This document shows, one piece after another, positions 46,618 through 62,942 of a stretch of 64,000 bases of DNA. The position numbers and the translations under genes are program-made. The notes under the pieces were generated by a model. It saw only the letters and a program-made list of their open reading frames with translations, ran no database searches and was not told the DNA's origin. Source of the DNA: Rikenellaceae bacterium. Its GTDB lineage: Bacteria; Bacteroidota; Bacteroidia; Bacteroidales; Rikenellaceae. Each line of letters opens with the position of its first letter. Positions within the stretch are counted from its first letter, which is position 1. The stretch is taken from positions 5,501-69,500 of the forward strand of contig JAVBNX010000018.1 in the NCBI GenBank assembly GCA_031551275.1, read 5' to 3'.

Positions 46618-46740
46618 GTCGGTTCAAAATAGGGTGTGAGTGCAACGCCCGACCCGATGTGGGACGAAGGAGCGTACTTATGTACGTGACTGAGTCACGC
46701 GAGGGGAGAAGGCAGCAATCGCGCCATATTTTGAATCGAC
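46618..46740 (+). ncRNA. unassigned structured element between tuf and tRNA-Trp (candidate small RNA or processed spacer)
   Basis: The 14-nt arms gtcggttcaaaata (46618-46631) and tattttgaatcgac (46727-46740) pair, with one G-U. They enclose internal hairpins cgtac/ttat/gtacg, cgtgac/tga/gtcacg and cgcga/16 nt/tcgcg. The element ends 4 nt before tRNA-Trp. Confidence 0.35.
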
Positions 46741-46744
46741 AAAA

Positions 46745-46815
46745 AGGAGTGTAGTTCAAGGGCAGAATAGCGGTCTCCAAAACCGTTGATGGGGGTTCGA
46801 ATCCCTCCACTCCTG
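46745..46815 (+). tRNA. tRNA-Trp (anticodon CCA)
   Basis: AGGAGTGTAGTTCAAGGGCAGAAT...GCGGTCTCCAAAACCGT...GGTTCGAATCC...CACTCCTG. It occupies the conserved position upstream of secE. Confidence 0.85.
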
Positions 46816-46836
46816 CAAAAATAAAAACGAAAGACT

Positions 46837-47037
46837 ATGAAAGTCGTCGAATACGCAAAAGAATCCTACTCGGAGCTGGTCGAAAAGGTATCCTGGCCCT
46901 CCTGGTCGCAGTTGCAGAGTTCTGCCGTCGTCGTGATGGTTGCTTCCCTAATCTTTGCAATCGTGGTCATGGCCATGGACATCAGCTTCGAAACCATAAT
47001 GAAGACCATTTACGGTTTCCTTTATCCTTACAAGTAA
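46837..47037 (+). CDS. secE: preprotein translocase subunit SecE
   Basis: 66 aa with a single C-terminal TM helix. VEKVSWPSW motif. Conserved position before nusG. Confidence 0.9.
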   Translation: MKVVEYAKESYSELVEKVSWPSWSQLQSSAVVVMVASLIFAIVVMAMDISFETIMKTIYGFLYPYK

Positions 47038-47038
47038 G

Positions 47039-47602
47039 ATGAGCGATAAGGAGCTTAAACAATGGTATGTCGTACGTGCCATCGGCGGAAAGGAGAAGAA
47101 GGTAAAGGAGTACATCGAGGCTGAAATACGCCACTCCCACCTCGAAGACTTCATTTCGCAGGTGCTGATCCCCACCGAAAAGGTCTACACGATCCGCAAC
47201 GGCAAGAAGGTCAGCAAGGAGAAGGTTTCCTATCCTGGTTACGTGTTGGTTGAGGCAGCCCTGGTAGGTGAAATCCCGTTCATTCTTCGCAACACCCCCA
47301 ATGTACTCGGCTTCCTCGGAGATTCCAAGGAGTCCAGCTCCAAAATGGAGGCTACGCCGCTTCGTCCACACGAGGTCGCGCGTATTCTGGGCAGGGTCGA
47401 CGAAATGAGTGCAAGCGAGGAGGAAAACGAAGTTCCGTTCTTTGTCGGCGAGACGGTCAAGGTTACCGACGGTCCTTTTGCAAGTTTCGAAGGAACCATT
47501 GAGGCCGTGGACAACGACAGGAAGAAACTTCGCGTGAGTGTGAAGATCTTCGGGAGAAAGACTCCGATGGAGTTAAGTTTCATGCAAGTTGAGAAAGAGT
47601 AA
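47039..47602 (+). CDS. nusG: transcription termination/antitermination factor NusG
   Basis: 187 aa. [14 protein letters not shown] (NGN domain) and C-terminal KOW motif [19 protein letters not shown]. Confidence 0.95.
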   Translation: MSDKELKQWYVVRAIGGKEKKVKEYIEAEIRHSHLEDFISQVLIPTEKVYTIRNGKKVSKEKVSYPGYVLVEAALVGEIPFILRNTPNVLGFLGDSKESSSKMEATPLRPHEVARILGRVDEMSASEEENEVPFFVGETVKVTDGPFASFEGTIEAVDNDRKKLRVSVKIFGRKTPMELSFMQVEKE

Positions 47603-47613
47603 AAAGTAAAATT

Positions 47614-48054
47614 ATGGCAAAAGAGGTTGCTGCGTTTATCAAACTGCAGATCAAAGGCGGAGCCGCCAACCCTTCTCCTCCCGTAGGACCCGCGTTGGGT
47701 TCGAAGGGTGTGAACATCATGGACTTCTGTAAGCAGTTCAATGCCCGCACCCAAGACAAGGCAGGAAAGGTTCTCCCGGTGGTCATTACCGTCTACGGCG
47801 ATAAGTCGTTCGACTTTATCGTCAAGCAACCCCCCGTAGCCGTTCAACTCAAGGAGATGGCAAACGCCAAGTCCGGATCGCCCGAGCCCAACCGTAAAAA
47901 GGTAGGATCGGTCACCTGGGACCAGGTAAAGGCTATCGCCGAGGATAAAGCGTCAGACCTGAACAGCTTTACCTTAGAGTCGGCTATGAAGATGGTTGCC
48001 GGAACTGCCAGAAGCATGGGTATTACCGTAACCGGCGAATTTCCTAAAATGTAA
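47614..48054 (+). CDS. rplK: 50S ribosomal protein L11
   Basis: [35 protein letters not shown]. Confidence 0.97.
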   Translation: MAKEVAAFIKLQIKGGAANPSPPVGPALGSKGVNIMDFCKQFNARTQDKAGKVLPVVITVYGDKSFDFIVKQPPVAVQLKEMANAKSGSPEPNRKKVGSVTWDQVKAIAEDKASDLNSFTLESAMKMVAGTARSMGITVTGEFPKM

Positions 48055-48060
48055 TTAAGA

Positions 48061-48762
48061 ATGGGTAAGCTGACAAAAAATCAAAAAACTGTCCTGGCCA
48101 AAATAGAGCCCGATAAGCTCTACAAGCTCCAGGAAGCGGCCGCTCTTCTGAAGGACATTACCTTTACGAAGTTCGACGCGTCGGTCGATATCGACGTGCG
48201 TCTGGGAGTTGACCCGCGCAAGGCAAACCAAATGGTCCGCGGCGTTGTTACCCTCCCCCACGGGACGGGTAAGGAGGTGCGCGTACTGGTCCTGTGTACT
48301 CCCGACAAGGAGGCAGAGGCCACGGCCGCCGGTGCGGACTATGTGGGACTGGACGAATACATCGACAAGATCAAAGCAGGTTGGACCGATGTGGACGTGA
48401 TCATTACCATGCCCAGCGTAATGGCAAAAGTGGGCGCCCTGGGTCGTATCCTGGGTCCCCGCGGGCTGATGCCCAACCCCAAGACGGGTACCGTCACGAT
48501 GGAGGTTGGCAAGGCCGTCGAAGAGGTAAAAGCCGGTAAGATCGACTTCAAAGTCGACAAATTCGGTATCGTACACACTTCGATCGGCAAAGTATCTTTC
48601 ACACCCGAAATGATCGTCGACAACGCGCGTGAGTTCATGGCTACCATCATGAAACTCAAGCCGAGCGCCGCCAAGGGAACCTACGTGTTGAGCCTGTACC
48701 TTTCAACCACGATGAGCCCCGGTTTGCCGGTCGACACCCGTTCGGTGGATGTTAAAGCATAA
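48061..48762 (+). CDS. rplA: 50S ribosomal protein L1
   Basis: [35 protein letters not shown]. Confidence 0.97.
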   Translation: MGKLTKNQKTVLAKIEPDKLYKLQEAAALLKDITFTKFDASVDIDVRLGVDPRKANQMVRGVVTLPHGTGKEVRVLVLCTPDKEAEATAAGADYVGLDEYIDKIKAGWTDVDVIITMPSVMAKVGALGRILGPRGLMPNPKTGTVTMEVGKAVEEVKAGKIDFKVDKFGIVHTSIGKVSFTPEMIVDNAREFMATIMKLKPSAAKGTYVLSLYLSTTMSPGLPVDTRSVDVKA

Positions 48763-48774
48763 GGAGGATAGAAG

Positions 48775-49302
48775 ATGACAAGAGCAGAAAAAACCATTGT
48801 AATCGACTCCCTGGTACAAAAACTCCAGGAGTATCCTCACTTCTATCTGACCGACCTGACCGGTTTGAACGCTGAGAAGACCGCTGCCCTGCGCAAGATG
48901 TGCTTCGAGAAGGACGTCAAACTGGAGGTGGTCAAGAACACCCTGCTCGGCAAGGCTTTGGAGAAGGTGGAGAAGAACGACGCGGAACTGGTCTCGGTAT
49001 TGAGCGGTTCGACTGCCGTTATGTTCACCCACTCGGCCAAAGTTCCCGCCGTCCTGATCAAGGATTTCCGCAAAAAGAACGCCATCCCGGCGCTCAAAGC
49101 CGCCTACGCGCAGGAATGCGTCTACCTGGGCGAGCAATCGCTGGAGTCGCTGGTCAACATCAAGAGCCGCGAAGAGCTGATCGGCGAAGTGATCGGTCTG
49201 CTGCAATCGCCCGCTCAAAACCTTATCTCCGCACTCCAGGGCGCTGCCGGACAAAAAGTCGCAGGCATCGTGAAGGCTATCGAGGAGAAGAAGGGTGCTT
49301 AA
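48775..49302 (+). CDS. rplJ: 50S ribosomal protein L10
   Basis: 175 aa, position between rplA and rplL. FYLTDLTGLNAEKTAALRKMC. Confidence 0.93.
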   Translation: MTRAEKTIVIDSLVQKLQEYPHFYLTDLTGLNAEKTAALRKMCFEKDVKLEVVKNTLLGKALEKVEKNDAELVSVLSGSTAVMFTHSAKVPAVLIKDFRKKNAIPALKAAYAQECVYLGEQSLESLVNIKSREELIGEVIGLLQSPAQNLISALQGAAGQKVAGIVKAIEEKKGA

Positions 49303-49357
49303 TGAAGTGAGCAAAGCAAAAAAGTAAAAAACAAAAACGAATAAAAATTCTACAAAA

Positions 49358-49738
49358 ATGGCAGATGTAAAGAAATTAGCTGAAGAGTTGGTAAACCTGA
49401 CAGTTAAGGAAGTAACCGAATTGGCAGCCATCCTCAAGGATGAGTACGGCATTGAGCCCGCAGCCGCAGCCGTTGCAGTTGCAGCTCCCGCAGCAGCCGG
49501 TGCAGCAGCCGACGCTCCTGCAGAGAAGAGCACCTTCGACGTAGTTTTGACCTCCGCTGGCCAAGCCAAACTGCAGGTCGTCAAAGTCGTTAAGGACATC
49601 ACCGGCCTGGGCCTCAAAGAAGCCAAGGACCTGGTTGACGGCGCTCCCAAGGCTGTTAAAGAGGGTGTTTCCAAAGAGGAAGCCGAATCGGTTAAAGCTC
49701 AACTCGAAGAGGCCGGCGCTGACGTCGAACTCAAATAG
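49358..49738 (+). CDS. rplL: 50S ribosomal protein L7/L12
   Basis: Ala-rich hinge [17 protein letters not shown] and C-terminal domain [23 protein letters not shown]. Confidence 0.97.
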   Translation: MADVKKLAEELVNLTVKEVTELAAILKDEYGIEPAAAAVAVAAPAAAGAAADAPAEKSTFDVVLTSAGQAKLQVVKVVKDITGLGLKEAKDLVDGAPKAVKEGVSKEEAESVKAQLEEAGADVELK

Positions 49739-49763
49739 TCAGACCGCTTTTCAAAGCGAAACA

Positions 49764-49799
49764 GGTATGGGGCTTAGGTTTCTAAGCTCCGTACCTTTT
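49764..49799 (+). terminator. rplL-rpoB intergenic hairpin plus T-run (attenuator/partial terminator)
   Basis: ggtatggggcttag/gttt/ctaagctccgtacc is a 14-bp stem including two G-U pairs, followed by TTTT. It lies 26 nt after the rplL stop. Confidence 0.6.
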
Positions 49800-50021
49800 C
49801 CAATTTAGTAACACAATTGTCGCCCGTGGGGGGCAGAGGGGCTAAAGAGAGAGCCCGAAACACCACATCCACAACAGCTTGCTTGTTCAAGCGACACGAC
49901 ATCACATAAGCAGGAAATTCTCCCTTCCTGTTTTTCCGGTCCAGGGCCGGTCATTAACTTTACGCTCGGTGCAGTTTCCCGGCGGACAAAGCGGTAACAC
50001 ACGTTGTTACATAAAATTTTA

Positions 50022-53834
<3,813 letters not shown>

Positions 53835-53864
53835 TACTACGGTAAGAAGAAAAAAGCAAAAGAT

Positions 53865-58116
<4,252 letters not shown>

Positions 58117-58118
<2 letters not shown>

Positions 58119-58184
58119 GGACCTTATATAAAAAGAAATCCCCTCATTCAACGGTGAGGGGATTTCTTTTTATATAAGGTCCTT
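58117..58184. terminator. 30-bp perfect inverted repeat, bidirectional terminator after rpoC
   Basis: aaggaccttatataaaaagaaatcccctca (58117-58146), loop ttcaacgg, then tgaggggatttctttttatataaggtcctt (58155-58184). The left arm begins inside the rpoC stop codon. Confidence 0.75.
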
Positions 58185-58196
58185 GGCGCTCTCCTT

Positions 58197-58220
58197 TGCA
58201 GCTTTTTGTAAAAAGCTGCA
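58197..58220. terminator. second palindromic hairpin in the convergent rpoC/ROK spacer
   Basis: tgcagcttttt/gt/aaaaagctgca, with perfect 11-nt arms. Confidence 0.45.
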
Positions 58221-58252
58221 CCAAAAACTTTTCTGATATTACTTTGCTCGGA

Positions 58253-59224
58253 TTAACCTGCCACCCACACAAGTGACGATGCGCCGAGGACTGCGGCGTT
58301 TTTATCCATCAGGGCGGAGGGCAGGATGTCGATCTTGCCTTTGTAGTTGGCCAGAAGGTTCTCCTCCATAGCTTTCTTCGCGGGCTCGAAGAGCAACTTT
58401 CCGGCACGGGCCACGCCGCCGAAGACGAAGATCGCCTGTGGACGGGTGATCGTTATCGCGGTGGCTAACGCCGCGCCCAGGGTCTCCCCGGTGCGGGTCA
58501 GCGTTTCGAGGGCGACGGCGTCGCCGCTTTGGGCGGCCTCGGTCACCATCTTGGCGGTCAGGTTATTATAGGAGACCTCGCGCAACGCGCTCGGCATGCG
58601 GCGCAGCGCCATCACGTCGAAAGCCGTGCGCACGATGCCGGATGCCGAAACATAGGTTTCAAGGCAGCCCTTCAGTCCGCAGCCGCACTCGCGTCCGCCG
58701 GGCGTGACGATGCAGTGGCCGAATTCGCCCGCGAAACTGTCGTGGCCGTAGATGATGCGACCGTTGGCCACAAAACCGCTGCCCAGGCCCGTGCCGAGGG
58801 TTATGAGGATGAAATTGGTCATGCCCTGCGCCGCGCCGTAGACCATCTCGCCTACCGCCGCCGCCTTGGCGTCATTGGTCAGGATCACCGGGATGCCCGG
58901 GAAGAATGCGCGTATCTTGTCGGCGAAAGGGATCACCATGCCCTTCCAGGGAAGGTTGGCCGCATATTCGATCGTGCCGTCATAGTAGTTGGCGTTAGGC
59001 GCGCCCACGCCGATGCCCGCCAGGCGGTAGTCGAAGCCCACGCCGTTGCGCAGCGCAGAGATGCCCTCGCACAGCGCGGCGACATAGGCGTCTATGTCCT
59101 TGCCGAAGCCGTCGGTCGGGATGTGCCCCTCGGCTACGATATTGCCCTGGCGGTCTACAAGGCCGAAAACTGTGTTGGTTCCGCCGACGTCGACGCCTAC
59201 GGCAAGCTCTTTTTGTTCACTCAT
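58253..59224 (-). CDS. ROK-family sugar kinase (glucokinase-like)
   Basis: 323 aa. LAVGVDVGGTNTVFGLVD (ATP site) and the ROK Zn motif GHCIVTPGGRECGCGLKGCLE. Confidence 0.88.
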   Translation of the reverse strand: MSEQKELAVGVDVGGTNTVFGLVDRQGNIVAEGHIPTDGFGKDIDAYVAALCEGISALRNGVGFDYRLAGIGVGAPNANYYDGTIEYAANLPWKGMVIPFADKIRAFFPGIPVILTNDAKAAAVGEMVYGAAQGMTNFILITLGTGLGSGFVANGRIIYGHDSFAGEFGHCIVTPGGRECGCGLKGCLETYVSASGIVRTAFDVMALRRMPSALREVSYNNLTAKMVTEAAQSGDAVALETLTRTGETLGAALATAITITRPQAIFVFGGVARAGKLLFEPAKKAMEENLLANYKGKIDILPSALMDKNAAVLGASSLVWVAG

Positions 59225-59324
59225 GGTATCTGGTAGTGTTTAGGTTTTTTAAATAAGAATTTAAAAATAGTTATTATTTATTAATTTGCGATATTTGCAC
59301 TTGACAATATTTCAACACGTTACT

Positions 59325-60296
59325 ATGCACTCCCGACAAGAGTTATCGCAAATGATTGAGCAGCATATCGTTGAGCTGCATTTCCCGGATTCGCCGTCAG
59401 GGCTTTACGATCCCATACGCTACTCTTTGGAGGGCGGCGGCAAGCGTCTGCGCCCGTTGGTACTGCTGCTTGCGTGCGAAATTTTCGGGGGCGACCCGCG
59501 CCGCGCGCTACCCCTGGCCGCCGCCGTGGAGGTCTTTCACAATTTCACGCTGCTGCACGACGATATAATGGACAATGCGGGCGTGCGCCGCGGCAAACCC
59601 TCCGTGCATGTCTGTTGGGACGCCAACACGGCCATCCTCTCGGGCGATGTGATGATGATTTGGGCTTACCGTCTGCTTGCCGGGGGGTTGAACGGCGACG
59701 GGCGTCTGCTCGACCAATTCAGCCTTATGGCCACCGAGGTATGCGAGGGGCAGCAGTATGACATGGATTTCGAATCGCGCGAACAGGTGTCGCACGGACA
59801 ATATATGGATATGATCGCCCTGAAAACCGCCGCGCTGATAGCCCGCTCGGCGCGCATGGGGGCGATGGCCGCCGGTGCCGACGAGGCCGACTGCGAGGCG
59901 CTTTACCGTTTCGGTTACCAGCTCGGGCTGGCGTTCCAGCTCCAGGACGACCTGCTGGACAGCTACGGCGACAACGTGGCTTTCGGCAAGAAACCCGGCG
60001 GTGACATTATCGAGGGCAAGAAGAGTTTCCTGACTGTAGAGGCCATGCACCGCGCCACGCCGCAAACGCGCGGCGAACTCTCCGCGCTGCTTTCGGACAC
60101 GGCGCTGCCCGACGAGCAGAAGGTCGCCCGCGTGAGGGCGATCTACGACTCGCTCGACGTGATGGCCTCCACACAGGCCGAAATACGCCGCCACACCGCC
60201 CTGGCGCTCGAAGCCCTCGACGCCGTAGCCGCGCCCGCCGCCCGCCTTAAGCACCTGCGCGAGTTGGCCCGGGAGCTCACCGACCGTAAAAAATAA
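59325..60296 (+). CDS. polyprenyl diphosphate synthase (trans-isoprenyl type)
   Basis: ATG at 59325 (the track starts at TTG 59286). First DDxxD (LLHDDIMDNAGVRRGK) and second DDxxD (FQLQDDLLDSYGD). Confidence 0.88.
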   Translation: MHSRQELSQMIEQHIVELHFPDSPSGLYDPIRYSLEGGGKRLRPLVLLLACEIFGGDPRRALPLAAAVEVFHNFTLLHDDIMDNAGVRRGKPSVHVCWDANTAILSGDVMMIWAYRLLAGGLNGDGRLLDQFSLMATEVCEGQQYDMDFESREQVSHGQYMDMIALKTAALIARSARMGAMAAGADEADCEALYRFGYQLGLAFQLQDDLLDSYGDNVAFGKKPGGDIIEGKKSFLTVEAMHRATPQTRGELSALLSDTALPDEQKVARVRAIYDSLDVMASTQAEIRRHTALALEALDAVAAPAARLKHLRELARELTDRKK

Positions 60297-60300
60297 CCCT

Positions 60301-61539
60301 ATGCAGCGCAAGGATATAGAGATAATGGCCCCCGTGGGGTCGTGGGAGTCGCTCCACGCCGCGATCCAGGGTGGGGCGGACGCCATATATTTCGGTGCCG
60401 GGGGACTGAATATGCGCTCACGCTCGTCGGCCAATTTTTCGCTCGACGACCTGGCCCGCATAGTTAGGACAACGCGCGAACACGGTGTCAAAAACTACCT
60501 GACCCTCAATACGATCCTTTATGACGAGGACCTGGGGCAGATGCGCGCTATCGTCGACCGTGCCGCCGCGGAAGGTATAGACGCCGTGATAACGGCCGAC
60601 CAGGCTGCGATCCTCTACGCCCGCAGCCGCGGAGTGGAGGTGCATATTTCGACCCAGCTCAACCTCTCGAACGCCGAGGCCGTGCGCTTCTACTCCCAAT
60701 GGGCTGACGTGGTGGTGCTGGCGCGCGAACTGAGCCTCGACCAGGTGGAGGCGATACACCGCACCATCGTCGCGGAAAATATCTGCGGCCCCGCCGGAAA
60801 ACCCGTGCGCATCGAGATGTTCGCCCACGGCGCGCTCTGCATGGCCGTTTCGGGCAAGTGCTACCTGAGTCTGCATGAGAACGGTTGCTCGGCCAACCGG
60901 GGCGCATGCCGCCAGCTTTGCCGTCGCTCGTATGAGTTGCGCGACCGTGACACGGGAGAGCAGATCGCCATCGAGGGCCAATACCTGCTCTCGCCAAAGG
61001 ACCTCTGCACGGTGGGCTTCCTCGACCGCTTTATCGGTGCAGGAGTGCGCGTTCTGAAGATCGAGGGGCGAGCCCGGGCCCCGGAGTACGTAAAACGCAC
61101 GGTAGAGATTTATAACCAGGCTGTTAACGCTATCATCGACAAAACATACACCAAGGAGTGTATCTCTCAATGGGAAAGTGAGTTAAATGAAGTTTTCAAC
61201 CGCGGCTTCTGGGGCGGATACTACCTTGGCGGCCAGGTGGTCGAACTGAGCGGGAGCTACGGCTCGTCCGCCAGCCACCGCAAGGAATACGTAGGCAAGG
61301 TGACCAACTATTTCCGCCGCCATGGCGTCGCCGAGATCACCCCAGAGGCCTCGCCCCTCTGTAAAGGCGACCGCTATATCATTCTGGGCGAAACCACCGG
61401 CATGGTCGAGGGCACGGCGGATGAGGTGCGCATCGACGACCTGCCGGTCGACACGGCCCCGCAGGGCGTCCCCTGCTCTATACTCACCCCCACGGAGGTG
61501 CGCCGCGGGGATAAACTCTACAAAATAGTCGAGGCATGA
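60301..61539 (+). CDS. U32-family protein (peptidase U32/Fe-S hydroxylase-type)
   Basis: 412 aa. EIMAPVGSWESLHAAIQGGADAIYFG and the Cys cluster CMAVSGKCYLSLHENGCSANRGACRQLCRR. Confidence 0.85.
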   Translation: MQRKDIEIMAPVGSWESLHAAIQGGADAIYFGAGGLNMRSRSSANFSLDDLARIVRTTREHGVKNYLTLNTILYDEDLGQMRAIVDRAAAEGIDAVITADQAAILYARSRGVEVHISTQLNLSNAEAVRFYSQWADVVVLARELSLDQVEAIHRTIVAENICGPAGKPVRIEMFAHGALCMAVSGKCYLSLHENGCSANRGACRQLCRRSYELRDRDTGEQIAIEGQYLLSPKDLCTVGFLDRFIGAGVRVLKIEGRARAPEYVKRTVEIYNQAVNAIIDKTYTKECISQWESELNEVFNRGFWGGYYLGGQVVELSGSYGSSASHRKEYVGKVTNYFRRHGVAEITPEASPLCKGDRYIILGETTGMVEGTADEVRIDDLPVDTAPQGVPCSILTPTEVRRGDKLYKIVEA

Positions 61540-62753
61540 GACCTTTCAAGAAAATAGTGACGGACCTGGGCGTTATCATCCTTGTGGCGATGGCGCTCGG
61601 CAGCGTCGCCGGGTATCTGATGGGCCCCTCTGCCGCCATCTTCGATCCCCCGGGCGAACTGTTCATACGTCTTATCAAGATGCTGGTGGTGCCGCTGGTG
61701 TTCGTGTCGATCCTTTCGGGCGCGGTGTCGCTCGGCGCGACGCGCAAGGCGGGCAAAGTGGCGGCGTGGACGCTCGGTTTCATCGGGGTCACTTCGCTGC
61801 TGGCGGGAGTCGTTGCCGCCCTTGCCGGCGCATGGCTGCGTCCGGGCGAGGGTATCGACCCCGCGCTGGTGGCCGCATACCGAGGCGGCGCACAGGCCGT
61901 CGCACAGGCGCCTCACGTCGGATTCTGGGACCTTATACTGTCGCTCGTGCCCGCGAATCCCGTGGGCGCACTGACCGAGGGCAATATCCTTCAGATCATA
62001 TTCTTCGCCATGCTGCTCGGCTTCGGCATAAGTACGTTGCAGGGTGAGCGCAAAACGGCACTTGTAAATATGGTCGACGGGGCGCTCGATGCGCTGATAT
62101 GGTGCATCCGCGTGGTAATGTGGACCGCTCCGGTGGGCGTGTTCGCACTTATGGCCTCGGCGGTCGGCACGATGGGTTTCGACATCTTCGCGCACCTTGC
62201 GCGTTTGCTGGCCATAGACCTGGGCGTGGTACTGCTTTTCGGGTTGCTGTTCTATCCGGCGTGCGTGGCGCTGCTCTCGAACGTCCCGGTGTGGCTGTAT
62301 ATGCGCTCGATGCTCAAACCCCAGGGCGTGGCTTTCTCGACGGCCTCGTCTTTGGCCACCCTGGCGTCCAATATGCAGACCTGTGAGCAGGATATGCACC
62401 TGAGCAAAGAGACCTGCGCCTTCGTGCTGCCGCTCGGGGCCACTGTCAATATGACCGGCAACGTGATCTTCTACACTCTTTCGGCGCTATTCTTCGCACA
62501 GTTCTACGGCATCGCGCTGCCCATGGCCTCGTACGTGGCCATCGTGGCTTCGGCGGTATTGAGCGCCGTGGGACAGGCGGGCGTGCCGGGGCCCACCTTC
62601 ACCCTTTTCGCGGTCTTCATCGCCGGGGGCATCCCGCTGGAGGGCATAGGTCTGCTGTTCGCCGTGGACCGCCTTTTCGACATGATCCGCACGGTGCTCA
62701 ACATCACCGGCGACGCCGCATGCGCCGCCGTGGTAGACAGGCAGGCGGCATAA
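61536..62753 (+). CDS. dicarboxylate/amino acid:cation symporter (DAACS/GltP family)
   Basis: 405 aa, polytopic. FSTASSLATLA, GATVNMTGNV and RTVLNITGDA motifs. ATGA overlap with the U32 gene. Confidence 0.88.
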   Translation: MRPFKKIVTDLGVIILVAMALGSVAGYLMGPSAAIFDPPGELFIRLIKMLVVPLVFVSILSGAVSLGATRKAGKVAAWTLGFIGVTSLLAGVVAALAGAWLRPGEGIDPALVAAYRGGAQAVAQAPHVGFWDLILSLVPANPVGALTEGNILQIIFFAMLLGFGISTLQGERKTALVNMVDGALDALIWCIRVVMWTAPVGVFALMASAVGTMGFDIFAHLARLLAIDLGVVLLFGLLFYPACVALLSNVPVWLYMRSMLKPQGVAFSTASSLATLASNMQTCEQDMHLSKETCAFVLPLGATVNMTGNVIFYTLSALFFAQFYGIALPMASYVAIVASAVLSAVGQAGVPGPTFTLFAVFIAGGIPLEGIGLLFAVDRLFDMIRTVLNITGDAACAAVVDRQAA

Positions 62754-62773
62754 ACAGCTAAAATAATAAAAAT

Positions 62774-62813
62774 GGCGTGCACCCGCGAAAAACCGGAGGT
62801 GCACGCCCTTTTT
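62774..62813 (+). terminator. rho-independent terminator
   Basis: ggcgtgcacc/14-nt loop/ggtgcacgcc followed by cTTTTT. Confidence 0.7.
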
Positions 62814-62942
62814 ATGTAAAAAACCGCCTGTTTGCGGCAAATTAATAGTTTCGTTAATGGTGGATTAATGGGTTTGTTTACCCCACACGCCTACTTTTAT
62901 AATTGCAAGAGGCAAAAAATAACCTGAAAAAACCATACTTCT

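Noticed and set aside
46618-46740. Possible identity of the tuf/tRNA-Trp spacer element as SRP (4.5S) RNA or a degenerate tRNA.
   Set aside because: I could not find the conserved SRP domain IV pattern (GGAA-type tetraloop flanked by the AGCA/GGA symmetric loop), nor a cloverleaf. The GGTTCAAAAT at the 5' arm only superficially resembles a T-loop. I kept the element as an unassigned structured feature.
59225-59324. TAnnTTTG-like boxes (taatttg, atatttg) upstream of the polyprenyl synthase gene.
   Set aside because: Neither matches the full 8-nt consensus: one lacks a T and the other lacks the leading T. Support is too weak to list as a feature.
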